A stretch of 64,000 nt of DNA, from contig OW569369.1 in assembly GCA_937625935.1 (NCBI GenBank), positions 424,900-488,899 of the forward strand, in the 5' to 3' direction. This DNA is from Tetramitus jugosus. Its lineage: Eukaryota > Protista > Heterolobosea. The position numbers were made by a program, and so were the translations under genes. Positions within the stretch are counted from its first letter, which is position 1. Every line of letters starts with the position of its first letter. Below, in pieces: positions 33,331 through 44,154 of the stretch. The notes under the pieces were generated by a model, which saw nothing but the letters and a program-made list of their open reading frames with translations, searched no databases and had not been told where the DNA came from.

Positions 33331-34755
33331 ATGTCCTCCACAACAACTCAAACCGTTACCATTGACCACTGGGTCGCAGACATGAGCTTGGCTGATTTTG
33401 GCCGCAAGGAAATTCTCCTCGCTGAGAATGAAATGCCTGGCTTGATGGCTTGCCGTTCCAAGTATGGTAATGAGAAGCCTTTGAAGGGTGTTAGAATCAT
33501 GGGATCCTTGCACATGACCATTCAAACTGCTGTCTTGATTGAGACTTTGGCTGCTTTGGGCGCTGATTTGAGATGGTGCTCTTGCAACATTTTCTCCACT
33601 CAAGATCACGCAGCTGCTGCTGTCGTTGCTGGTGGTATTCCAGTCTTTGCCTTCAAGGGTGAAAGTTTGGAAGAATACTGGGATTGCACCTGGAGAGCCT
33701 TGAGATTTGGCCCAGATCAAGGTCCACAATTGATTGTTGATGATGGTGGTGATGCAACCATGTTGTTGCACAGAGGCTTCAAGGCTGAAAAGGACGCAAG
33801 CATCTTGGAACAAAACAATGACATTGAAGAGATGGCTATTGTCAACCAATTGATCAAGAGAATTTTGGTTGAAGAGCCAGGTATCTTTGCCAAGATTGTT
33901 CCACAAATCAAGGGTGTCTCCGAGGAAACCACCACTGGTGTCCACAGATTGTATCAAATGTTGAAGGCTGGTGAATTGTTGTTCCCTGCTATCAACGTTA
34001 ACGACGCTGTCACCAAGTCCAAGTTTGACAATGTCTATGGTTGCAGACACTCCTTGGTCGATGGTATCATGAGAGCTACTGATGTCATGTTGGCCGGTAA
34101 GATTTGCGTTGTCTGTGGTTTCGGTGATGTCGGTAAGGGATCTGCTGAATCCTTGAGAGCTCAAGGTGCTAGAGTCATTGTTACTGAAATTGACCCAATC
34201 TGTGCTTTGCAAGCTATGATGGCTGGTTATGACGTCAAGACTATTGAAGACGCTTTGCCAGAAGCTGAAGTTTTTGTTACCGCTACCGGAAACAAGGACA
34301 TTATCACCATTGAACACATGGCCAAGATGAGAAACCAAGCCATCGTCTGTAACATTGGTCACTTTGACAATGAAATTGACACTGCTGCTTTGAAGAAGTA
34401 CCCTGGTATCCAGAGAATTAACATTAAGCCTCAAGTTGACCAATGGGTCTTCCCTGATGGTCACTCCATCCTCTTGTTGGCTGAAGGTAGACTTGTCAAC
34501 TTGGGTTGTGCCACTGGTCACCCATCTTTTGTCATGTCTTGCTCTTTCACCAACCAAACCCTTGCTCAACTCTCCTTGTGGAAGGAAGACTACAAGCTCG
34601 GTGTTTACACCATGCCAAAGAAGTTGGACGAAGAAGTTGCCAGACTTCATTTGGCCAAGTTGGGTGCTAAGTTGACAAAGTTGAGCGCTGACCAAGCTGA
34701 ATACATTGGTGTTCCTCAAGAAGGTCCATACAAGAATGACGAATACAGATATTAA
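33331..34755 (+). CDS. ahcY: S-adenosyl-L-homocysteine hydrolase
   Basis: [50 protein letters not shown]. Confidence 0.99.
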   Translation: MSSTTTQTVTIDHWVADMSLADFGRKEILLAENEMPGLMACRSKYGNEKPLKGVRIMGSLHMTIQTAVLIETLAALGADLRWCSCNIFSTQDHAAAAVVAGGIPVFAFKGESLEEYWDCTWRALRFGPDQGPQLIVDDGGDATMLLHRGFKAEKDASILEQNNDIEEMAIVNQLIKRILVEEPGIFAKIVPQIKGVSEETTTGVHRLYQMLKAGELLFPAINVNDAVTKSKFDNVYGCRHSLVDGIMRATDVMLAGKICVVCGFGDVGKGSAESLRAQGARVIVTEIDPICALQAMMAGYDVKTIEDALPEAEVFVTATGNKDIITIEHMAKMRNQAIVCNIGHFDNEIDTAALKKYPGIQRINIKPQVDQWVFPDGHSILLLAEGRLVNLGCATGHPSFVMSCSFTNQTLAQLSLWKEDYKLGVYTMPKKLDEEVARLHLAKLGAKLTKLSADQAEYIGVPQEGPYKNDEYRY

Positions 34756-35131
34756 ATTGCTGGCTCGTTTTTCATTTCTCAACAGTGCATTGTTATTTAT
34801 TGTGTTCTGTTATTATTATTACAACAACGCAATACAAATTGGCGCCTTGCCCATACTACAATTTTCTCCATGAAAACTTGAAGAAAGTAGCTTTTTGAAT
34901 GGAGTCAACGAGTTATCCTGTTCCCTATCTTCCATCGAGCAATCCTTTTGTTTTCTACTCTTGGGTTTCCTATGAGCAGCTATTGGAAAGCACAAAGCAT
35001 GCACTGTACGTTTATAGCGTATTGAATGCTCTTGTATGTCATGACATCATTTCAGAAACATCTTTATTCATCACATCTAACACTCAAGATGATACACTCA
35101 GAACACACCCACAAAAATTTTTGAACAGATC

Positions 35132-35910
35132 ATGAGCCATGACGAATACAGAGTCAGATTTCAAATCAAAGATTCGAACGCGACTGTGCTAGAGGGAATA
35201 GGACGACACCAAGAGAGGAAAGTGGCAGAGAAGGTCGCTGCTGGACAACTGTTGCAGGCGCTACATCCTCAATTTCAGGGAGATTTGTATAGAATATTGC
35301 TCCATTTGGATTACCGGCTTGAACGATCGGATCGAAGAAGCATTCGTTCCATCCTGCCAGTTCACTTAAGACCAATGAACCCTATCTTGTACAATCCTAG
35401 TTTTTGTACGACGATGAAAGGCCATCAGTGTTTTCTGGATCCAGTGCAATTGTTGAATCAATACTGTATTCGGTAAGTTTTTGAATTGTCTAACAATTGC
35501 ACAACAGTGAACACCGCTAACTCTGATTCGATGCAGAAACAACTTGACCTTTCCCACAGTAACACTCTCCAAAGAGTATGTGAAGAATGGGCAAGATTAT
35601 TCGCAAATATCTGCTTTCACTTGGAGAGTCAATATGTGTTTGCATAACTACTCGCGAGGATGTGTGTTTTTTAGTGAAGGGATGGATAACAACATCAAGA
35701 AAGGTATTGCAGATTGGAGTGTATTGTTCAATAGAAGAAGTCACCGTCGCTAACAACATTCAAACAGCTAAGATGGAAGCATCAACTTGCATGCTTTTCA
35801 ATTTGATTCCTCAAGTTTCATCTTTGCTTGAGATACATTGTATTTTACAGGTCAATAAACCAAAACATAGGCCCCACCGGGGATTGAACCCGGGACCCCT
35901 GGCTTTCTGA
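35132..35910 (+). CDS. Putative double-stranded RNA-binding domain protein (introns 35473-35536, 35704-35734)
   Basis: dsRBD-like helices GIGRHQERKVAEKVAAGQLLQALHP and DPVQLLNQYC...AKMEASTCMLFNLIP. 5' end unresolved. Confidence 0.55.
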
Positions 35911-35956
35911 TCGTATTTGATACGAGGCCAGTGCACTACCTCTGTGCTATAAGGCC
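35869..35956 (-). tRNA. tRNA-Thr(CGT) with 16-nt intron (35905-35920)
   Basis: Acceptor GGCCTTA/TGGGGCC, D stem GCAC/GTGC, CTGGC-CT-CGT-A[intron]A-GCCAG, T arm CCGGG-TTCAATC-CCCGG. Confidence 0.93.
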
Positions 35957-36010
35957 ATCTGTCAATTATGTAAAATAACACAATTTTGAAAAAAAGAGAA
36001 AAACAGGAAT

Positions 36011-36637
36011 GCTGGAATGGTTCCAGCTTCAAGTCAGAAGTGGTACTCTCCACACGGAGGAAGTTGTTCGGTGTCTTTATAACACTGGCACCGAGCCCTC
36101 AATGTGTGTCTGGTGTAACAAAGAACCCGAAAGTGTGCTGCACTGCCTTATTCGATGCTCAAGGGCTGTGTATGCAAGAAGATGTCTAGCCTTGACAGTC
36201 AGTAAGGAGCTTACCAGCATGGGTGTGTCCTGTATCGACATATGGTTCGATAATGTGCGACTGAAGGATGGCAAGATGGAAAGGCGTCCTTTGCGACGGA
36301 CGAGTAGAGAATTTCTGAAGGGTATGATGGGCATAGAAACAAACGCCATCGAAGAGGTCACCAACGGACTGGTAGAGACTGGGATCAAAACAACAGATGC
36401 CGGTAAGAAAGCAAGAACCTTTGTGAATGGGGTGAAACGGAGATGTCTCACGACTCTCCTTCACCTCTTCACCGCAACAAAAGCGAAACAACAGCAATGA
36501 CGCTCTGCGAGCGTCATTGGGAATTAACCAGACGACCAAGAGCCATCGCTCAAAGAGCGATGGCTGATGAAAATGTATTGAGAATAAAGTGAGCAACCGC
36601 AATGGTTGTATTTAAAAAAAAAAAAAAAAAAAAAAAA
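36011..36637 (+). mobile_element. 5'-truncated non-LTR retrotransposon (LINE 3' end)
   Basis: ORF2-type CCHC knuckle CVWCNKEPESVLHCLIRC, stop at 36500, AATAAA at 36583, poly(A) from 36614, TSD AGAAAAACAGGAAT at 35997-36010 and 36638-36651. Confidence 0.92.
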
Positions 36638-36754
36638 AGAAAAACAGGAATTTTACGCACGTAGCGTGTTGCTCTGGGACCTCATCTTTTTTGGTTTCAG
36701 ACATCACATGTTGTTATTTGTGAATTTTGATATGTCAACCTACTTTTTTTCAGA

Positions 36755-38785
36755 ATGCAAACAAAATTATTGATCACAGGCAAAGCACGCAGAGAGCTCG
36801 AACAATTATCATTACAATGTTCCAATATTCTCTCCTTGTCCAGAGACTCTTGTTGGGAGCAATGTGAAGTGATCATCTCTGATTCAGGTTTGATCGAGAA
36901 AAAAGAACCATCAACAGTGATGACCCCTGATCAAGTCCTACTGCCATATGAGTGTGAATATTCATTGTTGCCACCTGTCATGACAGATTACTTTGATCGT
37001 GTGCAAACAGAGACGCACATGATCTTTACAATGAAACATTTGATGCACCGTCGATTGAGACTATTTGACCAATATTTTTCCATTTTCTATGGCTGTGAGA
37101 AGTGTTGGTGGTACAAGCACAAATCGTTTTTCAACCCCAGAGATTTGAAATCCATTTTGTTTGATCAAACAAATACGACGAACAATGATATTGTGATTGA
37201 TGAGCAAAAGGCACTTATTCTCACGTGGTTAAATGAACCTGTATTGGCAAATATTGATAGTGGCGAAAATGGTGGTGCTGATGACCGTGACACACAAGTT
37301 GCATTGCTGCAATTTAAGAGAGTTCTCAATCTCAAGTTGGGTACCATTTATTTCTATGAACGAGATTATGAGCACGCTCAGATCATGTTTGATCAATTTT
37401 TGAGTTCAAGGATCAAAGTGAATGGATGGAATGGCGAGACGGAGATACGGATGATAGAAGAATATATGAATCTGTGGTTGAGTGTTGTCTTGGGATTGAT
37501 GCATCGACACAACTTATCATTTCAAAAATCGTTTGACAGTTTTTACTGTGCCTTAACAAACGATCGATTGTGGAAACAGTTTTACGAACAATATGACAAT
37601 AGAACTGGTCAGGCAGATGATGACACAGGTATTGTTGAATTTAGAAAGCATATTGCATATTCAATGCAATTAATAAGATCCGGATTGTGGTATTGGATGG
37701 GTATCGTGTGTGAGGACTTGAAGTATATGGTATGGGCTGTACAATGCTATCAAGCCTGCTTAAAGTTTATCATGAAAGAATCAGCAATTGCATCAATGGA
37801 GCACATTTTTGTTAATATTGCTGTCGTGTATTTGAGGTTAGCAGAGAATTATAGAAGCATTGTGGACAGTGGGATAGATGTCAATGGTCATCGTGGAAAC
37901 TCCTTCATTCTACATTTATACACACGATCCTATGAGCAATATGGAGTGGAGAATCCGAATTTGCTCATTCAAATATCTCCATTTAGAATTCAGTACCAGC
38001 AAGCTGTCATCGCCATACGGATAGCCAAAATGTTGTATGTTCAAGAGCAGTTTCAAGATAGTGTTCATTTTTTGAAACGAGCAGAGACTCGATTATTGCA
38101 GATTCGGTATATAGAAACGCAGGGAGAAGGATCAGAGTACGCAATAACGGATTACCTTCATGATCTTCATCGAACTATAGCAATTACTTACTGTCGCTTG
38201 GGAAAGATTGCTGAAGCGGGTAGATATGTAAAATTTCCCGTGTCAAATTCTAGTCCTGACTTGGTACCACAAGTAGGTTTGACATATGAGCAACAGTTGA
38301 ATGCCATCAAACAAAGAAAGAAACGAGGAACGTTGGAGAGGAAGGCATATGCCCGAGCAGTCGTTGAGCAAGAACATCCCATCAGTTACATATCCTTATT
38401 GATGATTGCTTTTATCAGGAAGGATATCACTTTATCACAAATAGTCCTTGACGCGATACTTGCCACACGGAATGAGCCGTTGTTTTCTCCAATGCCAATA
38501 GTCATATGGCAGCACATTATATCTCATGTTACTATGCAGAGCAATTATAAGCAAGCGCAGTTACTCATGAGTAAGTGTCTGATATTCCACAAGGATTATT
38601 CTCTGGGGTGGTATGTATTGTTATTGCTTTCGGTCTTGTGTAATGATACAACGTTCATCATTGGGAGTTATCAACAGCTGATGCGATTGACTCCTGGTGC
38701 GCCAATTATGAAGTTTTGGACGTACATCCTACGAGAGATGAGTCTACTAACGAACCATGAACCTCATCTCTTATCCAAGCTGTAA
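36755..38785 (+). CDS. TPR-like helical repeat protein
   Basis: 676-aa ORF with TPR-like helices (LKLGTIYFYERDYEHA, WYWMGIVCEDL...AVQCYQ). Confidence 0.75.
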   Translation: MQTKLLITGKARRELEQLSLQCSNILSLSRDSCWEQCEVIISDSGLIEKKEPSTVMTPDQVLLPYECEYSLLPPVMTDYFDRVQTETHMIFTMKHLMHRRLRLFDQYFSIFYGCEKCWWYKHKSFFNPRDLKSILFDQTNTTNNDIVIDEQKALILTWLNEPVLANIDSGENGGADDRDTQVALLQFKRVLNLKLGTIYFYERDYEHAQIMFDQFLSSRIKVNGWNGETEIRMIEEYMNLWLSVVLGLMHRHNLSFQKSFDSFYCALTNDRLWKQFYEQYDNRTGQADDDTGIVEFRKHIAYSMQLIRSGLWYWMGIVCEDLKYMVWAVQCYQACLKFIMKESAIASMEHIFVNIAVVYLRLAENYRSIVDSGIDVNGHRGNSFILHLYTRSYEQYGVENPNLLIQISPFRIQYQQAVIAIRIAKMLYVQEQFQDSVHFLKRAETRLLQIRYIETQGEGSEYAITDYLHDLHRTIAITYCRLGKIAEAGRYVKFPVSNSSPDLVPQVGLTYEQQLNAIKQRKKRGTLERKAYARAVVEQEHPISYISLLMIAFIRKDITLSQIVLDAILATRNEPLFSPMPIVIWQHIISHVTMQSNYKQAQLLMSKCLIFHKDYSLGWYVLLLLSVLCNDTTFIIGSYQQLMRLTPGAPIMKFWTYILREMSLLTNHEPHLLSKL

Positions 38786-38800
38786 TTGCAATAAATTCCA

Positions 38801-40250
38801 TCAAGAGTTTTTACTGGACATGGAATCACTGGCCGCTTGTTTGATGTACAAAAGATCCAACAGTCTCAGTTGGATAATATCCAATTGCTGAAGTGGATCC
38901 ATTTCTTCGACTTTGACCTTACGACCCACCTTGTACATTCTGGTCATGTCACACCTGGCGCTCAGATTCCTGATGCTCATTTCTAGGTTTCCAATCAGTC
39001 TTTCTGTCCTTGTTTTGAGTCTGTCTTGAACCAAGAAAAGATCTTCCTTCGATCTCCTCTCCTTTTGTATTCTATCCAGTTCTTTTCTTGTTTGAACTAG
39101 TTGGGAGTTCAATTCAAATATCTTGTTTTGCCTGTCTTCTTTCTCCTTCTTGACTCGATAATTGATAGACATTGTTTCCTGTTTACTCTTCTCAATCTCT
39201 GACTTTAAGTGATTGTTGGCGTACATTAACCGTTCATATCGTTCCACAATCTTCTCTATTTCAGAAAATGATGATTCGGTTTTGCACACCGATTCTAAGT
39301 AAAACTGAAATTGCATCATCTCATCTATAGCAGCGGTCCATGAGTGTCAGATATCAGGAATATTCTAATACGAAGTGAGAAAAATTCTGCGAATACAACA
39401 ACATACTCAATTGTTTCTCTAATTGTTGTCGTGTGTCTGATAGTCCTTCTATTTCGGTTGTTATCTCTTCCATTTGATCTTGGAGAAGTTGGTTCTGTTT
39501 GGCTTCGTCTTCAGCTTTCCTATGAAACTTTTGGTATTGCCCATTAGCTTGTTTCTCATGCATACGCATTGATTCAATCTTCTCAAAAAGTTCCACTCGC
39601 TGATTCTTCAAGTTTTCTTCTCTCAATTGCAAAGTCGCTTCCATATCTTCAAAAAACTGTCGCTTCTGTTGGAACTCTTCTTGTATCTCTCTCATTTTAC
39701 TCTCTTTCAATTGAAGTTCGACACTCTGAGGCAAATTCTTTCGTCGAAGTTCACTCTGGATCTGATAGTTCTCATCTTTCTGTTCTTTCAACTTCGTCTG
39801 TCGCTCCTCCTTGCGGTTTTGTTTTCCAATTACCTCAACATCAGAAACCTTTGCTTGAGTGGTGATGAAGAACTCATTTGTTGAAAGTTCATTGTTGTTG
39901 ACGATCAATGGATCGACATTAATTCGATTCCTGTTCCAATCTGCCGAAATGTTTTCTTCATCTTCATCATCATCGTAGATGGCTTCAGCCGCTACATTAT
40001 CCAATGTTCTGTTCACAGTTCTCTTTCTAGTAATTCCAGAGTTCGATCTACCAGTAACATGTCTTTTAGTTTCTTCGGCTGGCAATCGATGTTTGTCCGT
40101 GTCTCTTCTTGGTGATTTGTCTGTCGTACTTCCAACTGTTATTCCATTGATGGAACGACATCTGGCTATGGAAGCAACAGCTGTGATGGGAGTGTACTTT
40201 TGTAGAGCTTCGATTCCCAAACTCTCTTCTTCATCGAACAAATCATTCAT
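38801..40250 (-). CDS. Coiled-coil DUF4200 protein (CCDC42/CFAP73-like), intron 39325-39406
   Basis: GTATGT...TATAG intron joins two ORFs; FYLESVC...FSEIEKIVERYERL motif. Confidence 0.75.
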
Positions 40251-40336
40251 TCTTCTTTCTTCTCAAATTCTGGCGCCATGAAGATCTGTTTACGAGGAGG
40301 GAAAAGAGAAGAGGAAGGAGAAAAACGAGCTAAACT

Positions 40337-43300
40337 ATGGAGGTTGATTCTGAGAATGACCTCATCCAAGCCAACAGTTTGATCATGGACGATAGAAAAA
40401 TAGACAAAGAGTTAACGGAATCAATCATTCAGATCATGAATGAAGTACTGTATATAGGGCTTCGGGAAGAAACAGATACAATTGACAACTCTCACGCAAA
40501 ATCGGAGGAAGATGTTTCAACGACCATGAAATTATTGGAGAATATGGAGAAAATGAACGAGAGATTCCACGTATGCCATCTTTTCTTTGACATCGATTAC
40601 ATGTGGCAAGTTGACTTACCACGATTTCTTAACCAATCAGAGTTGTTCGATCGTACGGAAAATCAATGAAGATTTGTCCAATACATTCAAAGGGCGTATT
40701 ACCCATCATCAGGATTGTAAGTGTTTATACAAGGGATTAATCCCACTAGAACATGCAGTTGCTAAAATATAGATTGCTTTGACAGATTCCACAGGTGGCA
40801 GTGTTGAAAGCGATATTGCAGACAGAATTATTGAGACAAAGGAATTTGAATTGTTCTCAGACAGATTGATATCAGAAGTTCGAGATACTGTCGAAGTAAT
40901 CGTGAACTCGAAAATCTCATTAAAATCTTGTCCTGATACTCTACAAGAGGGTTCTCCGTTGACTAGTTCTGAATTCTCTTGGGATAGTTTTGTTCTTCAA
41001 GGAAACTCCTCCGTGTCAGAACCATCAGAACGAAGGAGAATTGCTCACGACTTGGGCGTTACTAATCCTGTAGGAGTGCGTTTGAATGCTATCAAAGAGT
41101 TTGAGAATATGAATGCAGCTGATATAGTTGGGAATGAACACTGGCACTTCATTTTGAAGTGTTTGCATATGGCTCTAGACGACCCGGATCCTCTGGTATC
41201 GTCAAAGGTTCTTCAATTGCATTACGACTTATTCAGAATCTCTCCCTCTGAAGCTACTGTTGAATTGTATTTAAATATTGTCACTCATTTACTCGATGTT
41301 TTTAGTTCGCAGAGCTTGGAATCATTTGCCTTATCCACGAGCGAAGATGATCCAGTTTTTAAAAGATGTTTACCAAAGGTAAGTAGTTGTGAGTTTGAGT
41401 GATTAAGATGCAATTTTCTTCTAATGTTTCGATTTTAGTTTCGCTTGCTATCCAATTTGATGAGGGAACTACCGAAGCACTGGATCCAGTATGATGATTC
41501 CTTACTTGATGCACTGTTTAACACGACATTTCAGCTGTTTGATCTCAATTTATCGATACTAAATAGCCAGTTGCCATTGCTATCATCACCTTTTGCATAC
41601 ATATCCCTCATAGATCGAGATTGTACATGGTTCCAACACTGGATGAGAAAATCGTGGGCTAGAAAAGCCATCGGAACTAGTATTTCCAAGACAAATCTTA
41701 CGAGGAAGTTAATCCATGTTCTAATGTCTCATGTGGAGGAGGATTCGGAATCAAGCACGCTTGATGGTTATTCCCGAATCAAAGAGGGAATGTTCCCTCA
41801 CTTTCTTAGTTCGTGTGAAAATACGAGATCTAGATGCATGGATCAAGTCAGCGTACACCTGTACATCCATTCGCTTGTCCTCCTCGGTAACCTTCCTCTT
41901 TATGCCGAAACTATTGCAGCCACCACCTTCAATTCATTGGGTACATATTCCTACTATTATTGTTGTGATCAGAACCTGAATTGTTAACAACTCGTTTTAA
42001 TAGATATTGTGAAAAATGGACTCTGTGTTCTTTTTCAGATAATGGATGGGTCTTGCAAAATCGAAGACAGTGAAACTTTCAATCGCTTAATGACAACTCT
42101 GGAAACTATTCTAATGGATAACCTACAACGGATAACTGATACTCAGATAATTAACATGTTAATCGCTCCCTTTCATTACTTGTGCTTACTTGAAGGCTCA
42201 TTGTCGAATCGACTCAACTCAAGATCAGCCCATGCAATTAGATCGTCCTTGAACATCATAGCATCAGTACTTGGTAGTGTAATGGAGAGTAGTACAAGGG
42301 CACAGGGGGTTTTAAGCTGTTTTCAGACGATGGATTCAAGTCAGGAAGCTCTCTCTTCCTTGATGATGTTTTTCAGTCTTCTATTCTCTGAACAAAGCAA
42401 TAGTGTCAACTCACTGATTACATCCGATTGCCTTCCTTTCAAGAAATTGTTTTTCGAGATCATGCGCCATTCGAAACTTCTGGAAATCACTGACTCTCTG
42501 AAAGGGGTTGTTCCTAGTTTGGTTAATCATTCTTGGGGCGAAGGTTGGTAATCTCCTTTCTTTCTCTGTCCAGAGACAACAACTCTAACAGACCACTTTT
42601 ATAGATCTTCTTCTTGGATTCTCTTGTCATGTGGATGGATTGCATGTATTAAGCGAAAGTCAATGCCTATCCAGAGTGGCTCACCAACTACTGAAGAGAT
42701 TAAAACGAAATAATGGAACTCAATTTTGTTTTACTATTTCTCAACTCTCAGTGTTCGATGAGTCTGTAGAGGCTGTCACGAGAAATGAATGGTACTGTAA
42801 TCAATTGTTCGAATACTTGGTTAGGCCAACTATTTCATGGGAACCCTTCCAACTCGAAGATACATTTGCTGAGGATACCGATTATCTTCTCGTAGCGTTT
42901 GCTTCACCATCCTCATTATTGTCATCTCCATCGTTGCATCCGTTTGTCAAACAACTGAAGAGTATACTTCAATACATTTCCAAAATAGAGCGTTCTTGCG
43001 AGGAGGCAACTTGGGCTCCTATAGAGATTAAATGCCTCAATATTGTGGAGTTTTTAACGACGCACTTGAACCACTTTGTTCAACTAGAAGATCATTTTCA
43101 ACTAATCACCATGATTGAAGCTATGCAGGAGAGTCATAGCACCTATTTGGACGAAGCGGGATACTTGAGAACGACTATTCTCGATCGTTCTAATCTCACC
43201 GAAGAAGACATTGATATACAAAAGGCGGAGGATATCGATTCTATCGTCCTAGCTTTGAGACTTGAGTTAACCAATAGGGAGTGGATAATCCCAAATCAAA

Positions 43301-44154
43301 GCACATTAACGCAACTGTTATCTGAGCAAAACAACAGGGAGAGAACGCACTTATTAACGCTTCTTAGCGATACAACTGATGGGGTATTCCTCAGAGTTCC
43401 GAACCAAAGAATGAAACTAGAAGAAGTTCGAGTCGAAAATGGATCAGATGTCATTGACCAGGAGTTTAGTTCGACAGCCGTTGATATTTTGGTCAAGTAC
43501 CTAAGAAATCTTGGGTTGAACAATTCTGTCACTGAGGATTCATTCTTCTCATTTCTCAAGCATTCATCACAGCTTCTTTCTTCAACAAGTTTGAATGAGT
43601 TTGATTGGTTTGCGTCCTTTGTGTACTTATTCTGTCAATGTGATAGATCAAAAGCTTCTGCTTTGCTTAAGAATGTGTTAAACATTCCAGAGAGTTGTTT
43701 TATGTGGTTCAGCAGAGGAAACAAGAGAGCCGAAGGAATTCATCCTGTTAATGTGATTGCTAAATGTGCAGATTATCTTCTTCAGACATACTACGAATGC
43801 TGTTCCAATATGTTGAAACTTCGAGGAATAAGTGTGTTGGTTCTGGTTCATCGATGGTTGCAGCAATTTTTCATTGGATACTTAACTTTGATCGATACTT
43901 CTCTGATTTTCACGATTGTTCTCTCTCTTGGAATAGACTATCTCGTGTACTTTGTGACCATTCTCGTGAAGGAGTTGGCTACTTCTGCTCGAGAGGATGT
44001 GATGGTAGAGGAGCTCAGACTCTCGAGCTGGATTCCTTTTCTGAGGGGGCAATTGCCCTTCTCATTCTCAAGCAAGCACTTGAACGAGATGAAGGCACTT
44101 GAAAAGCAAAACAGGACTCGTGTAATGAAAATTTTACAAGATTTTATAGCCTAG
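40337..44154 (+). CDS. TBC1D32: Broad-minded (BROMI/TBC1D32)-like ciliary protein, about 6 exons
   Basis: Consecutive + ORFs joined by GT-AG introns (donors near 40571, 40717, 41379, 41942, 42544). Motifs DIVGNEHW...ALDDPD, FDWF and RWLQQFFIGYL...LGIDYLVYF. Confidence 0.75.

Noticed and set aside
33301-34782. 493-aa antisense ORF over SAHH
   Set aside because: Shadow of strong codon bias in a highly expressed gene; no motifs of its own.
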